Shown: positions 36,996 to 50,802 of the stretch, one piece after another | Layout of the letters: each line of letters opens with the position of its first letter | Numbering within the stretch: the first letter of the stretch is position 1 | Assembly: GCF_044324785.1 (NCBI RefSeq) | Contig: NZ_CP172127.1 | Origin: Escherichia coli | GTDB taxonomy: Bacteria > Pseudomonadota > Gammaproteobacteria > Enterobacterales > Enterobacteriaceae | DNA length: 64,000 bases | Direction: 5' to 3' (one strand) | Made by a program: the position numbers and the translations under genes | The notes under the pieces: model-generated | Told to the model about the DNA's origin: nothing | The model's database searches: none | What the model saw: the letters and a program-made list of their open reading frames with translations, nothing else

Positions 36996-37847
36996 ATGAG
37001 TAGTTTGTTGTTGTTTAACGATAAGAGCAGGGCATTGCAGGCGGATATCGTCGCCGTGCAGTCGCAGGTAGTGTACGGCAGCGTAGGCAACAGCATTGCC
37101 GTGCCTGCTATCAAACAGAACGGCCTGAATGTCTTTGCCGTGCCGACGGTATTGCTGAGCAATACACCGCATTATGACACTTTCTACGGTGGTGCGATTC
37201 CGGACGAATGGTTTAGCGGCTATTTGCGTGCGCTTCAGGAGCGTGATGCGTTGCGCCAACTTCGTGCTGTAACCACGGGCTATATGGGAACGGCATCGCA
37301 AATCAAAATCCTTGCCGAGTGGCTGACTGCGCTACGCAAAGACCATCCTGACCTATTGATCATGGTCGATCCGGTGATTGGCGATATTGATAGCGGAATT
37401 TATGTCAAACCTGACCTTCCCGAGGCGTATCGACAATATTTACTGCCGCTGGCGCAGGGAATTACCCCCAATATCTTTGAGCTGGAAATCCTGACCGGTA
37501 AAAATTGCCGCGATCTCGACAGTGCCATTGCTGCTGCAAAAAGTCTGCTTTCAGACACATTAAAATGGGTAGTGATAACCAGCGCCTCCGGTAATGAAGA
37601 AAATCAGGAGATGCAGGTGGTGGTGGTCAGTGCCGACAGCGTGAATGTCATTTCCCATTCACGGGTTAAAACTGACCTGAAAGGGACTGGCGACCTGTTT
37701 TGTGCTCAGCTTATCAGTGGCTTGTTGAAAGGTAAGGAATTAACTGACGCGGTACATAGCGCGGGATTACATGTGCTGGAGGTGATGCGCTATACCCAGC
37801 AGCATGGTAGCGATGAATTGATTTTGCCGCCGCTGGCGGAAGCATAA
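36996..37847 (+). CDS. pdxK: pyridoxal/pyridoxine/pyridoxamine kinase
   Basis: 283 aa [37 protein letters not shown]... Confidence 0.9.
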   Translation: MSSLLLFNDKSRALQADIVAVQSQVVYGSVGNSIAVPAIKQNGLNVFAVPTVLLSNTPHYDTFYGGAIPDEWFSGYLRALQERDALRQLRAVTTGYMGTASQIKILAEWLTALRKDHPDLLIMVDPVIGDIDSGIYVKPDLPEAYRQYLLPLAQGITPNIFELEILTGKNCRDLDSAIAAAKSLLSDTLKWVVITSASGNEENQEMQVVVVSADSVNVISHSRVKTDLKGTGDLFCAQLISGLLKGKELTDAVHSAGLHVLEVMRYTQQHGSDELILPPLAEA

Positions 37848-37875
37848 AAAAATGGCGCCGATGGGCGCCATTTTT
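37846..37875. terminator. bidirectional rho-independent terminator between pdxK and crr
   Basis: aaaaaatggcgcc gatg ggcgccattttt: 8-bp GC stem flanked by an A-tract and a T-tract. Confidence 0.65.
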
Positions 37876-37889
37876 CACTGCGGCAAGAA

Positions 37890-38399
37890 TTACTTCTTGA
37901 TGCGGATAACCGGTGTTTCACCCACAGTCACGCTACCGGACAGTTTGATCAGTTCTTTGATTTCGTCCATGTTGGAGATAACAACCGGAGTCAGGGTAGA
38001 CTTGGCTTTCTCTTCCAGCAGCGGCAGATCAAATTCAATGACAGTATCGCCAACTTTCACGCGCTGACCTTCTTCAGCAATACGCTTGAAGCCTTCGCCT
38101 TTCAGTTCAACGGTGTCGATACCGAAGTGGACGAACAGTTCAACGCCGCTATCAGATTCGATAGAGAACGCGTGGTTGGTTTCAAAGATTTTACCAATGG
38201 TGCCGTCTACAGGCGCGACCATTTTGTTTCCAGTTGGTTTGATAGCAATGCCATCACCAACGATTTTTTCCGCAAAAACGACATCCGGCACGTCTTCGAT
38301 ATTGACGATCTCGCCAGAGAGCGGAGCAATGATCTCAATAGTTCCGGTATCCTTCTTGTCGTCGGAAACCAGAGATTTCAGTTTATCGAACAAACCCAT
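37890..38399 (-). CDS. crr: PTS glucose-specific EIIA component
   Basis: 169 aa [39 protein letters not shown]... Confidence 0.95.
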
Positions 38400-38439
38400 G
38401 ATCTTCTCCTAAGCAGTAAATTGGGCCGCATCTCGTGGA

Positions 38440-40167
38440 TTAGCAGATTGTTTTTTCTTCAATGAACTTGTTAACCAGCGTCATTAACTCGTCCGTTGTC
38501 GGTTGAGCAAGAGCCTGCTCTGCTAACACCTTCGCATCTTCGAAGTTCGTGTTACGGATAATCTTCTTAATGCGCGGGATAGAAATGGCGCTCATAGAGA
38601 ATTCGTCCAGACCCATCCCCAGCAACAGAAGTGTAGCACGTTCATCGCCAGCAAGCTCACCACACATGCCAGTCCATTTGCCTTCAGCATGAGAAGCATC
38701 AATAACTTGCTTGATCAAGTTCAGCACGGACGGTGACATTGGCTGGTAAAGGTGTGAAATCATATCATTACCACGGTCAACTGCCAGAGTGTACTGCGTT
38801 AAATCATTGGTGCCGATACTAAAGAAATCAACTTCTTTGGCTAAATGACGTGCAATTGTTGCGGCAGCCGGTGTTTCCACCATTACGCCGATTTCAATTG
38901 ACTCGTCAAACGCTTTACCTTCGTCGCGCAGTTCCTGTTTGTAGATTTCGATCTCTTTGCGCAGTGCACGTACTTCTTCAACAGAGATGATCATCGGGAA
39001 CATAATGCGCAATTTACCGAAAGCCGAGGCACGCAGGATAGCGCGGAGCTGATCGCGCAGGATCTCTTTACGATCCATCGCGATACGGATAGCGCGCCAG
39101 CCAAGGAACGGGTTCTCTTCTTTCGGGAAGTTCATGTATGGCAGCTCTTTGTCGCCGCCGATGTCCATGGTACGAACGATAACCGCCTGCGAGCCACACG
39201 CTTCAGCCACTGCTTTGTAAGCAGCAAACTGTTCTTCTTCAGTGGGCAGCGCGTCGCGGTCCATGAACAGAAACTCAGTACGATACAGACCAACGCCTTC
39301 AGCGCCGTTACGCTCTGCACCTTCAACGTCACGAACCGTACCAATGTTAGCGCACACTTCTACCTGGTGACCGTCCAGCGTAATAGCTGGCAGATCTTTC
39401 AGTTTAGCAAGCTCTGCTTTTTCAGAAGCCACTTGCTCCTGAACAGCGCGCATTTTATCAATAACTTCGTTGGTTGGATTGACGTAAACCTGATTATTTA
39501 CGGCATCCAGAATCAGATAGTCGTCATTTTTCACCTGAGAGGTGACGCTACCGGTACCCACGATAGCAGGCAGTTCCAGAGAACGCGCCATGATAGAGGT
39601 GTGGGAAGTACGGCCACCCGCGTCGGTGATGAAACCCAGCACCTTCTTCAGGTTCAGCTGTGCGGTTTCGGACGGCGTCAGGTCAGCGGCAACCAGAATG
39701 ACTTCATCCTGAATGGCGCTCAGGTCGATAATCTTCAGGCCCAGGATGTTGCGCAGCAGGCGCTTACCGATATCACGTACGTCAGCCGCACGTTCTTTCA
39801 GGTATTCATCATCCAGCTCTTCCAGGGCAGAAGCCTGACCTTCGATAACTTCATGAGCAGCTGCGTCAGCTGTCATGTGCTTATCTTTAATCAGGGCTAT
39901 GATTTCCTGCTCCAGCTCCTCATCTTCGAGCAGCATAATATGCCCTTCAAAGATGGCTTCTTTTTCTTCACCGAACGTTTCACCAGCTTTCGTTTTGATC
40001 GTTTCCAGCTGGGCTGATGCCTTGGCACGACCGCTCAGAAAACGTTCAACTTCCTGATCAACCTGGTCGGCAGAAATTTTTTTCCGGTCAATGACAATTT
40101 CGTCTTCTTTCAGAAGCAGAGCTTTACCGAAAGCGATACCCGGGGATGCTAAAATGCCTGAAATCAT
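38440..40167 (-). CDS. ptsI: PTS enzyme I (phosphoenolpyruvate-protein phosphotransferase)
   Basis: 575 aa [32 protein letters not shown]... Confidence 0.95.
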   Translation of the reverse strand: MISGILASPGIAFGKALLLKEDEIVIDRKKISADQVDQEVERFLSGRAKASAQLETIKTKAGETFGEEKEAIFEGHIMLLEDEELEQEIIALIKDKHMTADAAAHEVIEGQASALEELDDEYLKERAADVRDIGKRLLRNILGLKIIDLSAIQDEVILVAADLTPSETAQLNLKKVLGFITDAGGRTSHTSIMARSLELPAIVGTGSVTSQVKNDDYLILDAVNNQVYVNPTNEVIDKMRAVQEQVASEKAELAKLKDLPAITLDGHQVEVCANIGTVRDVEGAERNGAEGVGLYRTEFLFMDRDALPTEEEQFAAYKAVAEACGSQAVIVRTMDIGGDKELPYMNFPKEENPFLGWRAIRIAMDRKEILRDQLRAILRASAFGKLRIMFPMIISVEEVRALRKEIEIYKQELRDEGKAFDESIEIGVMVETPAAATIARHLAKEVDFFSIGTNDLTQYTLAVDRGNDMISHLYQPMSPSVLNLIKQVIDASHAEGKWTGMCGELAGDERATLLLLGMGLDEFSMSAISIPRIKKIIRNTNFEDAKVLAEQALAQPTTDELMTLVNKFIEEKTIC

Positions 40168-40211
40168 AACCCTACCTTACTTGTGACTGATTTTTAAAAG
40201 AACCCGGGAAA

Positions 40212-40469
40212 TTACTCGAGTTCCGCCATCAGTTTAACCAGATGTTCAACCGCTTTCTGCTCGTCTTCGCCTTCTGCGGAGATAGTCACAACGGTACCTT
40301 GAGTCAGGCCCAGAGTCTGCAGTTTAAACAGGCTTTTCGCGCTGGCGCTTTTGCCGTTGGAAGTCACAGTAATTTCAGAAGTGAAGCCCTTAGCTTCTTT
40401 TACAAACTGGGCAGCAGGGCGGGTGTGCAGACCGTTCGGAGCGGTAATGGTAACTTCTTGCTGGAACAT
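40212..40469 (-). CDS. ptsH: PTS phosphocarrier protein HPr
   Basis: 85 aa [29 protein letters not shown]... (active-site His15 context). Confidence 0.95.
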
Positions 40470-40707
40470 TGTATTTCCCCAACTTATAGGTTTAGTGTTG
40501 TGGAACTAAAGTCTAGCCTGGCGGTTCGACTTTAGCCTGTATTGTTAGCGCCAGTTTTTAACAGACGCGACGCACGAAGAGCGCAATACAGTCCATTGCT
40601 GGCGGGTGTTGACCGCTGACGTTTCGTACGTCATTAAACATTATGCCGCTAAAGGAAGAATTGAACCAAATCATAAAATCGATTCAGCTTTGGCTTTTCC
40701 TGTAACG

Positions 40708-40730
40708 ATTAATTTCGCGCATCAAAATAA
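40708..40730. promoter_or_regulatory. candidate Mlc/NagC-type operator in the ptsH promoter region
   Basis: attaatttcgcgcatcaaaataa: TT-N-cgcgc-N-AA dyad resembling Mlc operators, about 240 bp upstream of ptsH. Confidence 0.35.
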
Positions 40731-40802
40731 TTAGTCTGGTTAAATACCAGTTCCGACAGGCTGAATCAATGCCAGGAGGGGCGAAAGTTTGAAGCAGGCC
40801 AC

Positions 40803-40830
40803 AAAAAAGCACCTGAAAAGGTGCTTTTTT
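40803..40830. terminator. bidirectional rho-independent terminator downstream of cysK
   Basis: aaaaaagcacc tgaaaa ggtgctttttt immediately after the cysK stop. Confidence 0.65.
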
Positions 40831-40852
40831 ACGCATTTTTAACAAGCTGGCA

Positions 40853-41824
40853 TTACTGTTGCAATTCTTTCTCAGTGAAGAGATCGGCAAACAATGCGGT
40901 GCTTAAATAACGCTCACCCGATGACGGTAGAATAACCACAATATTCTTGTTGGTAAAGCTTTCATCTTCTTGTAGTTTCAACGCCGCAGCAACAGCTGCT
41001 CCAGAAGAGATACCAGCAAGAATACCTTCTTCTTCCATCAGACGACGCGCGGTAGAAATGGCTTCTTCATTGGTGATGCCAATGACTTTGTCGACCAGCT
41101 TGAGATCGAGGTTAGCCGGGATAAAACCAGCGCCAATACCCTGAATTTTATGCGGGCCAGGTTTAATCTCTTCACCTGCCAGCGCCTGGGCGATAACTGG
41201 AGAATCGGTTGGCTCAACAGCGACAGAGATAAGATCGGTCTTGCCTTTGGTGCCTTTAATGTAGCGGCTGACACCGGTCAGCGTACCGCCAGTGCCAACA
41301 CCAGCAATAAATACATCAACCTGACCGTCGGTATCTTCCCAGATCTCCGGACCGGTGGTTTTTTCGTGAATTTCAGGGTTTGCCGGATTGCTGAATTGTT
41401 GCAGCAGCAGGTATTTCTCTGGATTGCTGGCGACAATTTCTTCTGCTTTTTGGATTGCGCCTTTCATGCCTTTAGCACCTTCGGTCAGCACCAGGTTTGC
41501 ACCTAACGCTTTCAGCAGCTTGCGGCGTTCAATACTCATGGTTTCTGGCATGGTCAGGGTGAGTTTGTAACCGCGAGCGGCAGCGACATAGGCCAGTGCA
41601 ATCCCGGTATTACCGCTGGTTGGTTCAACCAGTTCAACGCCTGGTTTCAGCACGCCGCGCTTTTCGGCATCCCAAATCATGTTGGCACCGATACGGCACT
41701 TAACGCTGAAGCTGGGGTTACGAGATTCCACCTTCGCCAGAATGCGTCCGTTACCGATGCGATTCAGGCGAACCAGCGGCGTGTGACCGATAGTCAGCGA
41801 GTTATCTTCAAAGATCTTACTCAT
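40853..41824 (-). CDS. cysK: cysteine synthase A (O-acetylserine sulfhydrylase A)
   Basis: 323 aa [44 protein letters not shown]... Confidence 0.95.
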   Translation of the reverse strand: MSKIFEDNSLTIGHTPLVRLNRIGNGRILAKVESRNPSFSVKCRIGANMIWDAEKRGVLKPGVELVEPTSGNTGIALAYVAAARGYKLTLTMPETMSIERRKLLKALGANLVLTEGAKGMKGAIQKAEEIVASNPEKYLLLQQFSNPANPEIHEKTTGPEIWEDTDGQVDVFIAGVGTGGTLTGVSRYIKGTKGKTDLISVAVEPTDSPVIAQALAGEEIKPGPHKIQGIGAGFIPANLDLKLVDKVIGITNEEAISTARRLMEEEGILAGISSGAAVAAALKLQEDESFTNKNIVVILPSSGERYLSTALFADLFTEKELQQ

Positions 41825-42008
41825 GGCCTGTCCTTAACTGTATGAAATTGGGATACAACAGGTAGCATACCCGCTCAGAGAATATGCGGAAGTAAGGATT
41901 TAGCATATCTATATGCAGAAGGGAAATAATGACATGCGAGATGGAATAAGGGGCGGCATAAGCCACCCCTGTTTCACACAAACGGTTTACAAAATAACCG
42001 GTAGATTG

Positions 42009-42770
42009 TTACCGCCACATCGCGTGTTTATCGCGATAGCAATCGACCCACATCGCCGTCGCGCCACAAACGGCAACGGGCATGATGAACAGATTAAGCA
42101 ACGGGATCATCGTAAACAGGCTGGTTAAAGCACCAAACTGCATATTGGTGATTTTGCGTGTGCGCAGGGCGGTGCGCATCTCTTTAAACGGCACTTTGTG
42201 GTTATCGAAGGGGTAATCGCAATACTGGATGGCTAACATCCAGGCGCTAAACAGGAACCACAGTACCGGCGCGACGGTTTGCCCAATACCAGGGATGAAG
42301 TAAAGAATTAGCAATACAATTGCGCGCGGCAGATACCAGGCAAATTTTTGCCATTCGCGTTTCATGATTCGCGGCACATCTTTCATGATACCGAAAATCC
42401 CGGTATCTGGCGGTGTAGCGCCAGTCAATCGTGCTTCCAGTTGTTCAGCCAATAAACCGTTAAACGGAGCGGCAATCCAGTTAGCAATCGTTGAGAAGAA
42501 ATAGCCAAACACTAACAGCACGGAGATGACTGCCAGAGGCCACAACAGATAGCTCAGCCATTGTAACCAGTCCGGAACATAACTCATGAGAGTCGGGATC
42601 CAGACATCGAGTTGCGTAAATAGCCACCAGAATGCGCCCCCCATCAACAAAATATTGACCAGCAGCGGTAAAATAACGAAACGCCGAATCCCAGGTTGCG
42701 AGACGAGCTTCCAGCCTTGCGCAAAATAGTAAAAACCGCTGCGTGGGGCAGATGTGAATGATGAAACCAT
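42009..42770 (-). CDS. cysZ: sulfate transporter CysZ
   Basis: 253-aa polytopic membrane protein; position upstream of cysK. Confidence 0.85.
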
Positions 42771-42999
42771 AATCAGGATGAGCTCCTTTTGACCAATCCC
42801 AGGAAAATTCTGCGTATTTTACCGGGTAATTGCGCAATGGACAGTTAGGATATGTTCGAAAAAACAGCAAAAAGCACGATTTCATCTATCTTTGTGCTGT
42901 GAAAGTTAATAGTGCACTTGCACTTGAGGTAATCGGCAAATACTCTTAGTGAGTAAATGTTTGCCGTGGTGGCAAGGTGTTAGAACAACAGAGAATATA

Positions 43000-43944
43000 A
43001 TGATGCAGGATTTGCGTCTGATATTAATCATTGTTGGCGCGATCGCCATAATCGCTTTACTGGTACATGGTTTCTGGACCAGCCGTAAAGAACGATCTTC
43101 TATGTTCCGCGATCGGCCATTAAAACGAATGAAGTCAAAACGTGACGACGATTCTTATGACGAGGATGTCGAAGATGATGAGGGCGTTGGTGAGGTTCGT
43201 GTTCACCGCGTGAATCATGCCCCGGCTAACGCCCAGGAGCATGAGGCTGCTCGTCCGTCGCCGCAACACCAGTACCAACCGCCTTATGCGTCTGCGCAGC
43301 CGCGTCAACCGCAGCCGGTGCAGCAACCCGTGCAGCAGCCTGCCTATCAGCCGCAGCCTGAACAGCCGTTGCAGCAGCCAGTTTCGCCACAGGTCGCGTC
43401 AGCGCCGCAGCCAGTGCATTCAGCGCCGCAACCGGCACAACAGGCTTTCCAGCCTGCAGAACCCGTAGCGGCACCACAGCCTGAGCCTATAGCGGAACCG
43501 GCTCCAGTTATGGATAAACCGAAGCGCAAAGAAGCGGTGATTATCATGAACGTCGCGGCGCATCACGGTAGCGAGCTAAACGGTGAACTGCTTCTTAACA
43601 GCATTCAACAAGCGGGCTTCATTTTTGGCGATATGAATATTTACCATCGTCATCTTAGCCCGGATGGCAGCGGCCCGGCGTTATTCAGCCTGGCTAATAT
43701 GGTGAAACCGGGAACCTTTGATCCTGAAATGAAGGATTTCACTACTCCGGGTGTCACTATCTTTATGCAGGTACCGTCTTACGGTGACGAGCTGCAGAAC
43801 TTCAAGCTGATGCTGCAATCTGCGCAGCATATTGCCGATGAAGTGGGCGGTGTAGTTCTTGACGATCAGCGCCGTATGATGACTCCGCAGAAATTGCGCG
43901 AGTACCAGGACATCATCCGCGAAGTCAAAGACGCCAACGCCTGA
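43000..43944 (+). CDS. zipA: cell division protein ZipA (FtsZ membrane anchor)
   Basis: 314 aa from ATG at 43000: N-terminal TM ([26 protein letters not shown]), P/Q-rich linker, C-terminal FtsZ-binding domain. Confidence 0.85.
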   Translation: MMQDLRLILIIVGAIAIIALLVHGFWTSRKERSSMFRDRPLKRMKSKRDDDSYDEDVEDDEGVGEVRVHRVNHAPANAQEHEAARPSPQHQYQPPYASAQPRQPQPVQQPVQQPAYQPQPEQPLQQPVSPQVASAPQPVHSAPQPAQQAFQPAEPVAAPQPEPIAEPAPVMDKPKRKEAVIIMNVAAHHGSELNGELLLNSIQQAGFIFGDMNIYHRHLSPDGSGPALFSLANMVKPGTFDPEMKDFTTPGVTIFMQVPSYGDELQNFKLMLQSAQHIADEVGGVVLDDQRRMMTPQKLREYQDIIREVKDANA

Positions 43945-44005
43945 TACACTTAAGGCATATTAACTCCTCTTCGAACCCCCGCTTGTCGGGGGTTTTTAGC
44001 ATTGA

Positions 44006-46030
<2,025 letters not shown>

Positions 46031-46031
46031 G

Positions 46032-46250
46032 ATGGAAAAAGAGCAGCTGATTGAAATAGCCAATACGATAATGCCGTTTGGCAAATACAAAGGGCGTCGC
46101 TTAATCGACCTGCCGGAGGAGTATCTTCTGTGGTTTGCCCGCAAAGATGAGTTCCCGGCAGGGAAGCTCGGTGAGCTAATGCAAATCACGCTGCTGATTA
46201 AAACTGAGGGGCTGACGCAACTGGTCCAGCCCCTGAAGCGTCCTCTTTAA
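46032..46250 (+). CDS. ypeB: small DUF3820-family protein YpeB
   Basis: 72-aa ORF starting 2 nt after the ligA stop. Confidence 0.7.
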   Translation: MEKEQLIEIANTIMPFGKYKGRRLIDLPEEYLLWFARKDEFPAGKLGELMQITLLIKTEGLTQLVQPLKRPL

Positions 46251-47245
46251 GCTTTATTGGCGCGGCTTTCCTGCTGCGCCTGTAACTGTTCGGTCTGGTG
46301 TTTGTATCGACGCGCCAGCACCGCACAGACCATCAATTGGATCTGATGGAAAATCATCAGAGGCAGCACCATCATACCGATCACCGATGTGGGGAAAAGA
46401 ATGTTTGCCATCGGGATGCCATTTGCCAGACTCTTTTTCGAACCACAAAAGACGATAGTAATTTCATCTGCCTTATTGAAGCCCAGTCGGCGTGCCATAA
46501 AGACGTTAACTACGATCACGATAGCCAGAAGAACGCAGCTGACCACCACGATAAACAGCAATGATCCCCAGCCAACTTTATGCCAGATACCATTAACAAC
46601 GGCTTCGCTAAACGCTGTATAAACCACCAACAGAATGGACGTCTGGTCAGTTTTCGCAATCCATTTTTTATTGCGCGACACCCAGTCACCAATCCACGGC
46701 CGGGAAAGATGCCCCAACACAAACGGCAGCAGCAGTTGCAGCATAATTTTACCGACCTGCTCAAGGCTGCCTCCCGCACCGTGAACATTCATCACCAGAC
46801 CAACCAGCAATGGTGAAAGGAAAATCCCCAGCAGGCTGGATGCTGACGCAGAACAAACCGCTGCCGCGACGTTACCGCCCGCCATTGAAGTAAAGGCGAT
46901 TGCAGACTGCACGGTAGCGGGGAGAATGCACAAGTAGAGAAAACCGGAGTAGAGCATCGGGTCGACATTTACCGGTTTCCACCAGGCAAACAGCACGCCC
47001 AGAATCGGAAACAATACGAAGGTGCTGCACATTACCCACAAATGCAGTCGCCAGTGCCCACCGCCAGCAATAATCGCCTCACGCGACAACTTCGCGCCGT
47101 GCATAAAAAACAGCAGGGCAATCGCTGCGGTGGTCAGATTTTCAAAGAAGGGGACGAAATCGCCTCTGGCCGGAAAGAAAGAGGCCAGCAACACCACCGT
47201 GATCAGGGTTAAGGTGAAAGGATCGAGGATACGAAAAAGTTTCAT
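46247..47245 (-). CDS. yfeH: bile acid:sodium symporter-family membrane transporter
   Basis: 332-aa polytopic membrane protein; divergent from the LysR-type regulator. Confidence 0.8.
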   Translation of the reverse strand: MKLFRILDPFTLTLITVVLLASFFPARGDFVPFFENLTTAAIALLFFMHGAKLSREAIIAGGGHWRLHLWVMCSTFVLFPILGVLFAWWKPVNVDPMLYSGFLYLCILPATVQSAIAFTSMAGGNVAAAVCSASASSLLGIFLSPLLVGLVMNVHGAGGSLEQVGKIMLQLLLPFVLGHLSRPWIGDWVSRNKKWIAKTDQTSILLVVYTAFSEAVVNGIWHKVGWGSLLFIVVVSCVLLAIVIVVNVFMARRLGFNKADEITIVFCGSKKSLANGIPMANILFPTSVIGMMVLPLMIFHQIQLMVCAVLARRYKHQTEQLQAQQESRANKA

Positions 47246-47334
47246 AAAGACTCCAGATGATCGATGGTTCTATTGTGCTTCTTCCAGTTTGAGAAATAAA
47301 ATTGATTTATTGCATCCATTCATGAAGAAAACAG

Positions 47335-48261
47335 ATGAATTATTCTTTAAAACAATTAAAGGTTTTCGTCACAGTAGCGCAGGAGAAAAGTTTTAGTCGT
47401 GCAGGAGAGCGTATCGGCCTGAGCCAGTCGGCAGTGAGTCACAGTGTGAAGGAGCTGGAAAATCATACTGGTGTTCGCCTGCTGGACAGAACCACGCGTG
47501 AAGTGGTGCTTACAGATGCAGGGCAGCAGTTGGCTTTGCGTCTTGAGCGACTGCTGGATGAACTGAACAGCACGTTGCGCGATACCGGGCGTATGGGGCA
47601 ACAACTGAGCGGAAAAGTTCGGGTCGCTGCCAGCCAGACCATTTCCGCGCATCTTATTCCGCAATGCATTGCTGAAAGCCATCGCCGCTATCCAGATATT
47701 CAGTTTGTCCTGCACGATCGTCCGCAGCAGTGGGTGATGGAAAGTATTCGCCAGGGAGATGTCGATTTTGGCATCGTCATCGATCCAGGCCCAGTGAGCG
47801 ATCTGCAATGTGAAGCGATTCTTTCCGAGCCTTTCTTTCTGCTTTGCCATCGCGATAGCGCTTTGGCCGTGGAAGATTATGTACCCTGGCAGGCATTACA
47901 GGGAGCGAAATTGGTGTTGCAGGATTACGCGTCAGGCAGCCGACCGCTGATTGACGCAGCTCTGGCGCGCAACGGTATTCAGGCGAATATTGTGCAGGAG
48001 ATTGGTCATCCGGCGACGCTGTTCCCGATGGTAGCCGCAGGCATCGGCATTAGTATTCTTCCCGCACTGGCGCTGCCGTTACCTGAAGGTAGCCCGCTGG
48101 TGGTAAAGCGCATTACGCCGGTGGTGGAACGCCAGTTGATGCTGGTGCGCAGGAAGAACCGTTCACTTTCCACCGCCGCTGAAGCGTTATGGGACGTGGT
48201 ACGAGGCCAGGGCCGTGCGCTAATGGCTGGGCGGGAAGGGGATCCGCTGTATCAGATATAG
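47335..48261 (+). CDS. yfeR: LysR-family transcriptional regulator
   Basis: 308 aa, N-terminal HTH ([42 protein letters not shown]). Confidence 0.8.
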   Translation: MNYSLKQLKVFVTVAQEKSFSRAGERIGLSQSAVSHSVKELENHTGVRLLDRTTREVVLTDAGQQLALRLERLLDELNSTLRDTGRMGQQLSGKVRVAASQTISAHLIPQCIAESHRRYPDIQFVLHDRPQQWVMESIRQGDVDFGIVIDPGPVSDLQCEAILSEPFFLLCHRDSALAVEDYVPWQALQGAKLVLQDYASGSRPLIDAALARNGIQANIVQEIGHPATLFPMVAAGIGISILPALALPLPEGSPLVVKRITPVVERQLMLVRRKNRSLSTAAEALWDVVRGQGRALMAGREGDPLYQI

Positions 48262-48593
48262 ATATCGATCTGAGTCGTTTTTTCAACAGGATTTGGAAGG
48301 GATGCATTCAAAGACAAACTCTGCTCTTTCTCCTGCGCCTTTTCTGCCTGCTGTCTTTGCAACTGCGCCAGTTGTGTTTCCAGTAGGGTGATTTGCTGCT
48401 GAATCAATTCGGCCTGTTTTTGCTTGTCTTCAGCACTGCCGCTAGTGTCTGCAATCTCTTTAATTTGTTGAGTGAGTTTGATGATTTGCTGACTTATCCG
48501 CGCAATTTGTGAAGCAACATCGCTACCTTCTGATGCCCTGTTACTACTCTGTGTTTGTATGGAAGGAATTGAAGTTGAAGAGATAGTGGCCAT
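48252..48593 (-). CDS. small Q-rich coiled-coil protein, FlxA-like
   Basis: 113-aa ORF with GAGGA 6 nt upstream of ATG; S/T-rich N-terminus then heptad-like Q/L/I repeats ([18 protein letters not shown]...[23 protein letters not shown]); overlaps the yfeR 3' end by 10 bp. Confidence 0.5.
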   Translation of the reverse strand: MATISSTSIPSIQTQSSNRASEGSDVASQIARISQQIIKLTQQIKEIADTSGSAEDKQKQAELIQQQITLLETQLAQLQRQQAEKAQEKEQSLSLNASLPNPVEKTTQIDIYI

Positions 48594-48681
48594 TGTTCAG
48601 TCCTCGTCACTGTACGAGGTAATATCGGCAGAAGAACAAGGAACTTGAGAAGAAAAATCAATCTTACAAACCGCATATAGC

Positions 48682-48708
48682 AAAAAAGCGCCTTTAGGGC
48701 GCTTTTTT
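48682..48708 (-). terminator. rho-independent terminator of the tRNA operon (palindromic)
   Basis: aaaaaagcgcc ttta gggcgctttttt directly downstream of tRNA-Lys. Confidence 0.65.
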
Positions 48709-48712
48709 ACAT

Positions 48713-48788
48713 TGGTGGGTCGTGCAGGATTCGAACCTGCGACCAATTGATTAAAAGTCAACTGCTCTACCAACTGAGCTAACGACCC
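48713..48788 (-). tRNA. lysV: tRNA-Lys (anticodon UUU)
   Basis: Reverse complement reads GGGTCGTTAGCTCAGTTGGTAGAGCAGTTGACTTTTAATCAATTGGTCGCAGGTTCGAATCCTGCACGACCCACCA. Confidence 0.95.
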
Positions 48789-48792
48789 GAAG

Positions 48793-48868
48793 TGGTGGGT
48801 GATGACGGGATCGAACCGCCGACCCCCTCCTTGTAAGGGAGGTGCTCTCCCAGCTGAGCTAATCACCC
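48793..48868 (-). tRNA. valY: tRNA-Val (anticodon UAC)
   Basis: Reverse complement reads GGGTGATTAGCTCAGCTGGGAGAGCACCTCCCTTACAAGGAGGGGGTCGGCGGTTCGATCCCGTCATCACCCACCA. Confidence 0.95.
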
Positions 48869-48914
48869 ACTTCGGTACTTCACATTTTTACAAGAAATTT
48901 AGCTGGCGAGAAAG

Positions 48915-48990
48915 TGGTGGGTGATGACGGGATCGAACCGCCGACCCCCTCCTTGTAAGGGAGGTGCTCTCCCAGCTGAGCTAATCACCC
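48915..48990 (-). tRNA. valX: tRNA-Val (anticodon UAC)
   Basis: Identical 76-nt sequence to the preceding tRNA-Val. Confidence 0.95.
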
Positions 48991-49034
48991 ACTTCTCAAT
49001 TTCTTGCTACACGGCGGAGACTACATAAAGTAGT

Positions 49035-49110
49035 TGGTGGGTGATGACGGGATCGAACCGCCGACCCCCTCCTTGTAAGGGAGGTGCTCTCCCAGCTGAG
49101 CTAATCACCC
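49035..49110 (-). tRNA. valU: tRNA-Val (anticodon UAC)
   Basis: Identical 76-nt sequence; first gene of the four-tRNA operon. Confidence 0.95.
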
Positions 49111-49127
49111 CCGCTGTGTGGAGTCGC

Positions 49128-49155
49128 ATTATAGGGAGAGTTCAAAATGAGTCAA
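49128..49155 (-). promoter_or_regulatory. sigma70 promoter of the valU-valX-valY-lysV tRNA operon
   Basis: On the minus strand: TTGACT, 16-nt spacer, TATAAT, then GC-rich discriminator gcgactcc. Confidence 0.55.
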
Positions 49156-49368
49156 CGCATTTTCTAAAGAAATTGTTCGTTCGTCGTAAATTTAAGCAAG
49201 ATGATCGCAAAACAGACCGTGTTGCGCAATTTGTCAACGAAAACAATAATGCGTAAGGTTGCAACCCGAACTACATTGAGGAATCAGGCGGGAGTGATAG
49301 AATATCGCCCACTCAATTTTTCCAGGATTTGCCGGTTGTCGGCATCTTTCTAAACGTAAGGCCATTTC

Positions 49369-50784
49369 ATGAAAATCAAAACTCGCTTCGCGCCAAGCCC
49401 AACAGGCTATCTGCACGTTGGCGGCGCGCGTACTGCTCTTTACTCCTGGCTTTTTGCACGTAACCACGGCGGTGAGTTCGTGCTGCGTATTGAAGACACC
49501 GATCTTGAGCGTTCCACGCCGGAAGCTATCGAAGCCATTATGGATGGCATGAACTGGCTGAGCCTGGAGTGGGATGAAGGTCCGTACTACCAGACCAAAC
49601 GTTTTGATCGCTACAACGCGGTGATCGATCAGATGCTGGAAGAGGGCACAGCTTATAAATGCTATTGTTCTAAAGAGCGCCTGGAAGCGCTGCGCGAAGA
49701 GCAAATGGCGAAAGGTGAGAAGCCGCGTTATGACGGTCGCTGCCGCCACAGCCATGAGCATCATGCTGATGATGAACCGTGCGTTGTACGTTTTGCTAAC
49801 CCGCAGGAAGGTTCTGTTGTTTTTGACGATCAGATCCGTGGCCCGATTGAGTTCAGCAACCAGGAGCTGGATGATCTGATCATTCGCCGTACCGATGGTT
49901 CCCCAACCTATAACTTCTGTGTGGTTGTTGATGACTGGGATATGGAAATCACCCATGTTATCCGTGGCGAAGACCATATCAACAACACGCCGCGCCAGAT
50001 CAACATTCTTAAAGCCCTGAAAGCGCCGGTACCGGTTTACGCGCACGTTTCTATGATCAACGGCGATGACGGTAAAAAACTGTCCAAACGTCACGGGGCG
50101 GTCAGCGTAATGCAGTATCGTGATGACGGTTATCTGCCAGAAGCACTGCTGAACTATCTGGTGCGTCTGGGCTGGTCCCACGGCGATCAGGAAATCTTCA
50201 CTCGTGAAGAGATGATCAAATACTTCACCCTGAATGCCGTCAGCAAATCTGCCAGTGCGTTCAACACCGACAAGCTGCTGTGGCTGAACCATCACTACAT
50301 TAACGCGCTGCCGCCGGAGTATGTTGCTACTCACTTACAGTGGCACATTGAGCAGGAAAATATCGATACCCGTAACGGCCCGCAGCTGGCTGATCTGGTG
50401 AAACTGCTGGGCGAACGCTGCAAGACGCTGAAAGAGATGGCACAGAGCTGCCGTTATTTCTACGAAGATTTTGCTGAGTTCGATGCCGACGCCGCGAAAA
50501 AACATCTGCGTCCAGTAGCGCGTCAGCCGCTGGAAGTAGTTCGTGACAAACTGGCCGCGATTACTGACTGGACAGCTGAAAACGTTCATCACGCTATTCA
50601 GGCGACGGCGGATGAGCTGGAAGTGGGTATGGGTAAAGTTGGTATGCCGCTGCGTGTCGCCGTTACCGGTGCGGGGCAGTCTCCGGCGCTGGATGTTACC
50701 GTTCACGCAATCGGTAAGACCCGCAGTATCGAGCGTATCAACAAAGCGCTGGCTTTTATTGCTGAACGCGAAAATCAGCAGTAA
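49369..50784 (+). CDS. gltX: glutamyl-tRNA synthetase
   Basis: 471 aa [49 protein letters not shown] (HIGH-type motif) and KLSKR motif. Confidence 0.95.
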   Translation: MKIKTRFAPSPTGYLHVGGARTALYSWLFARNHGGEFVLRIEDTDLERSTPEAIEAIMDGMNWLSLEWDEGPYYQTKRFDRYNAVIDQMLEEGTAYKCYCSKERLEALREEQMAKGEKPRYDGRCRHSHEHHADDEPCVVRFANPQEGSVVFDDQIRGPIEFSNQELDDLIIRRTDGSPTYNFCVVVDDWDMEITHVIRGEDHINNTPRQINILKALKAPVPVYAHVSMINGDDGKKLSKRHGAVSVMQYRDDGYLPEALLNYLVRLGWSHGDQEIFTREEMIKYFTLNAVSKSASAFNTDKLLWLNHHYINALPPEYVATHLQWHIEQENIDTRNGPQLADLVKLLGERCKTLKEMAQSCRYFYEDFAEFDADAAKKHLRPVARQPLEVVRDKLAAITDWTAENVHHAIQATADELEVGMGKVGMPLRVAVTGAGQSPALDVTVHAIGKTRSIERINKALAFIAERENQQ

Positions 50785-50802
50785 TTAGCGCATAAAAGAT
50801 AA

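Noticed and set aside
43200-43560. Repetitive Pro/Gln-rich DNA (ccgcagcc / cagcagcc repeats) that might be taken for a tandem-repeat or CRISPR-like array
   Set aside because: It is in-frame coding sequence for the flexible linker of ZipA; no direct repeat/spacer periodicity.
48682-49160. tRNA cluster as a possible integration site carrying a mobile element
   Set aside because: No integrase, transposase, direct repeats of tRNA 3' ends or phage genes are present nearby; the only adjacent unexplained ORF is the small FlxA-like gene reported separately.
49234-50334. 366-aa ORF antisense to gltX
   Set aside because: Fully overlapped by the glutamyl-tRNA synthetase gene, whose identity is unambiguous.
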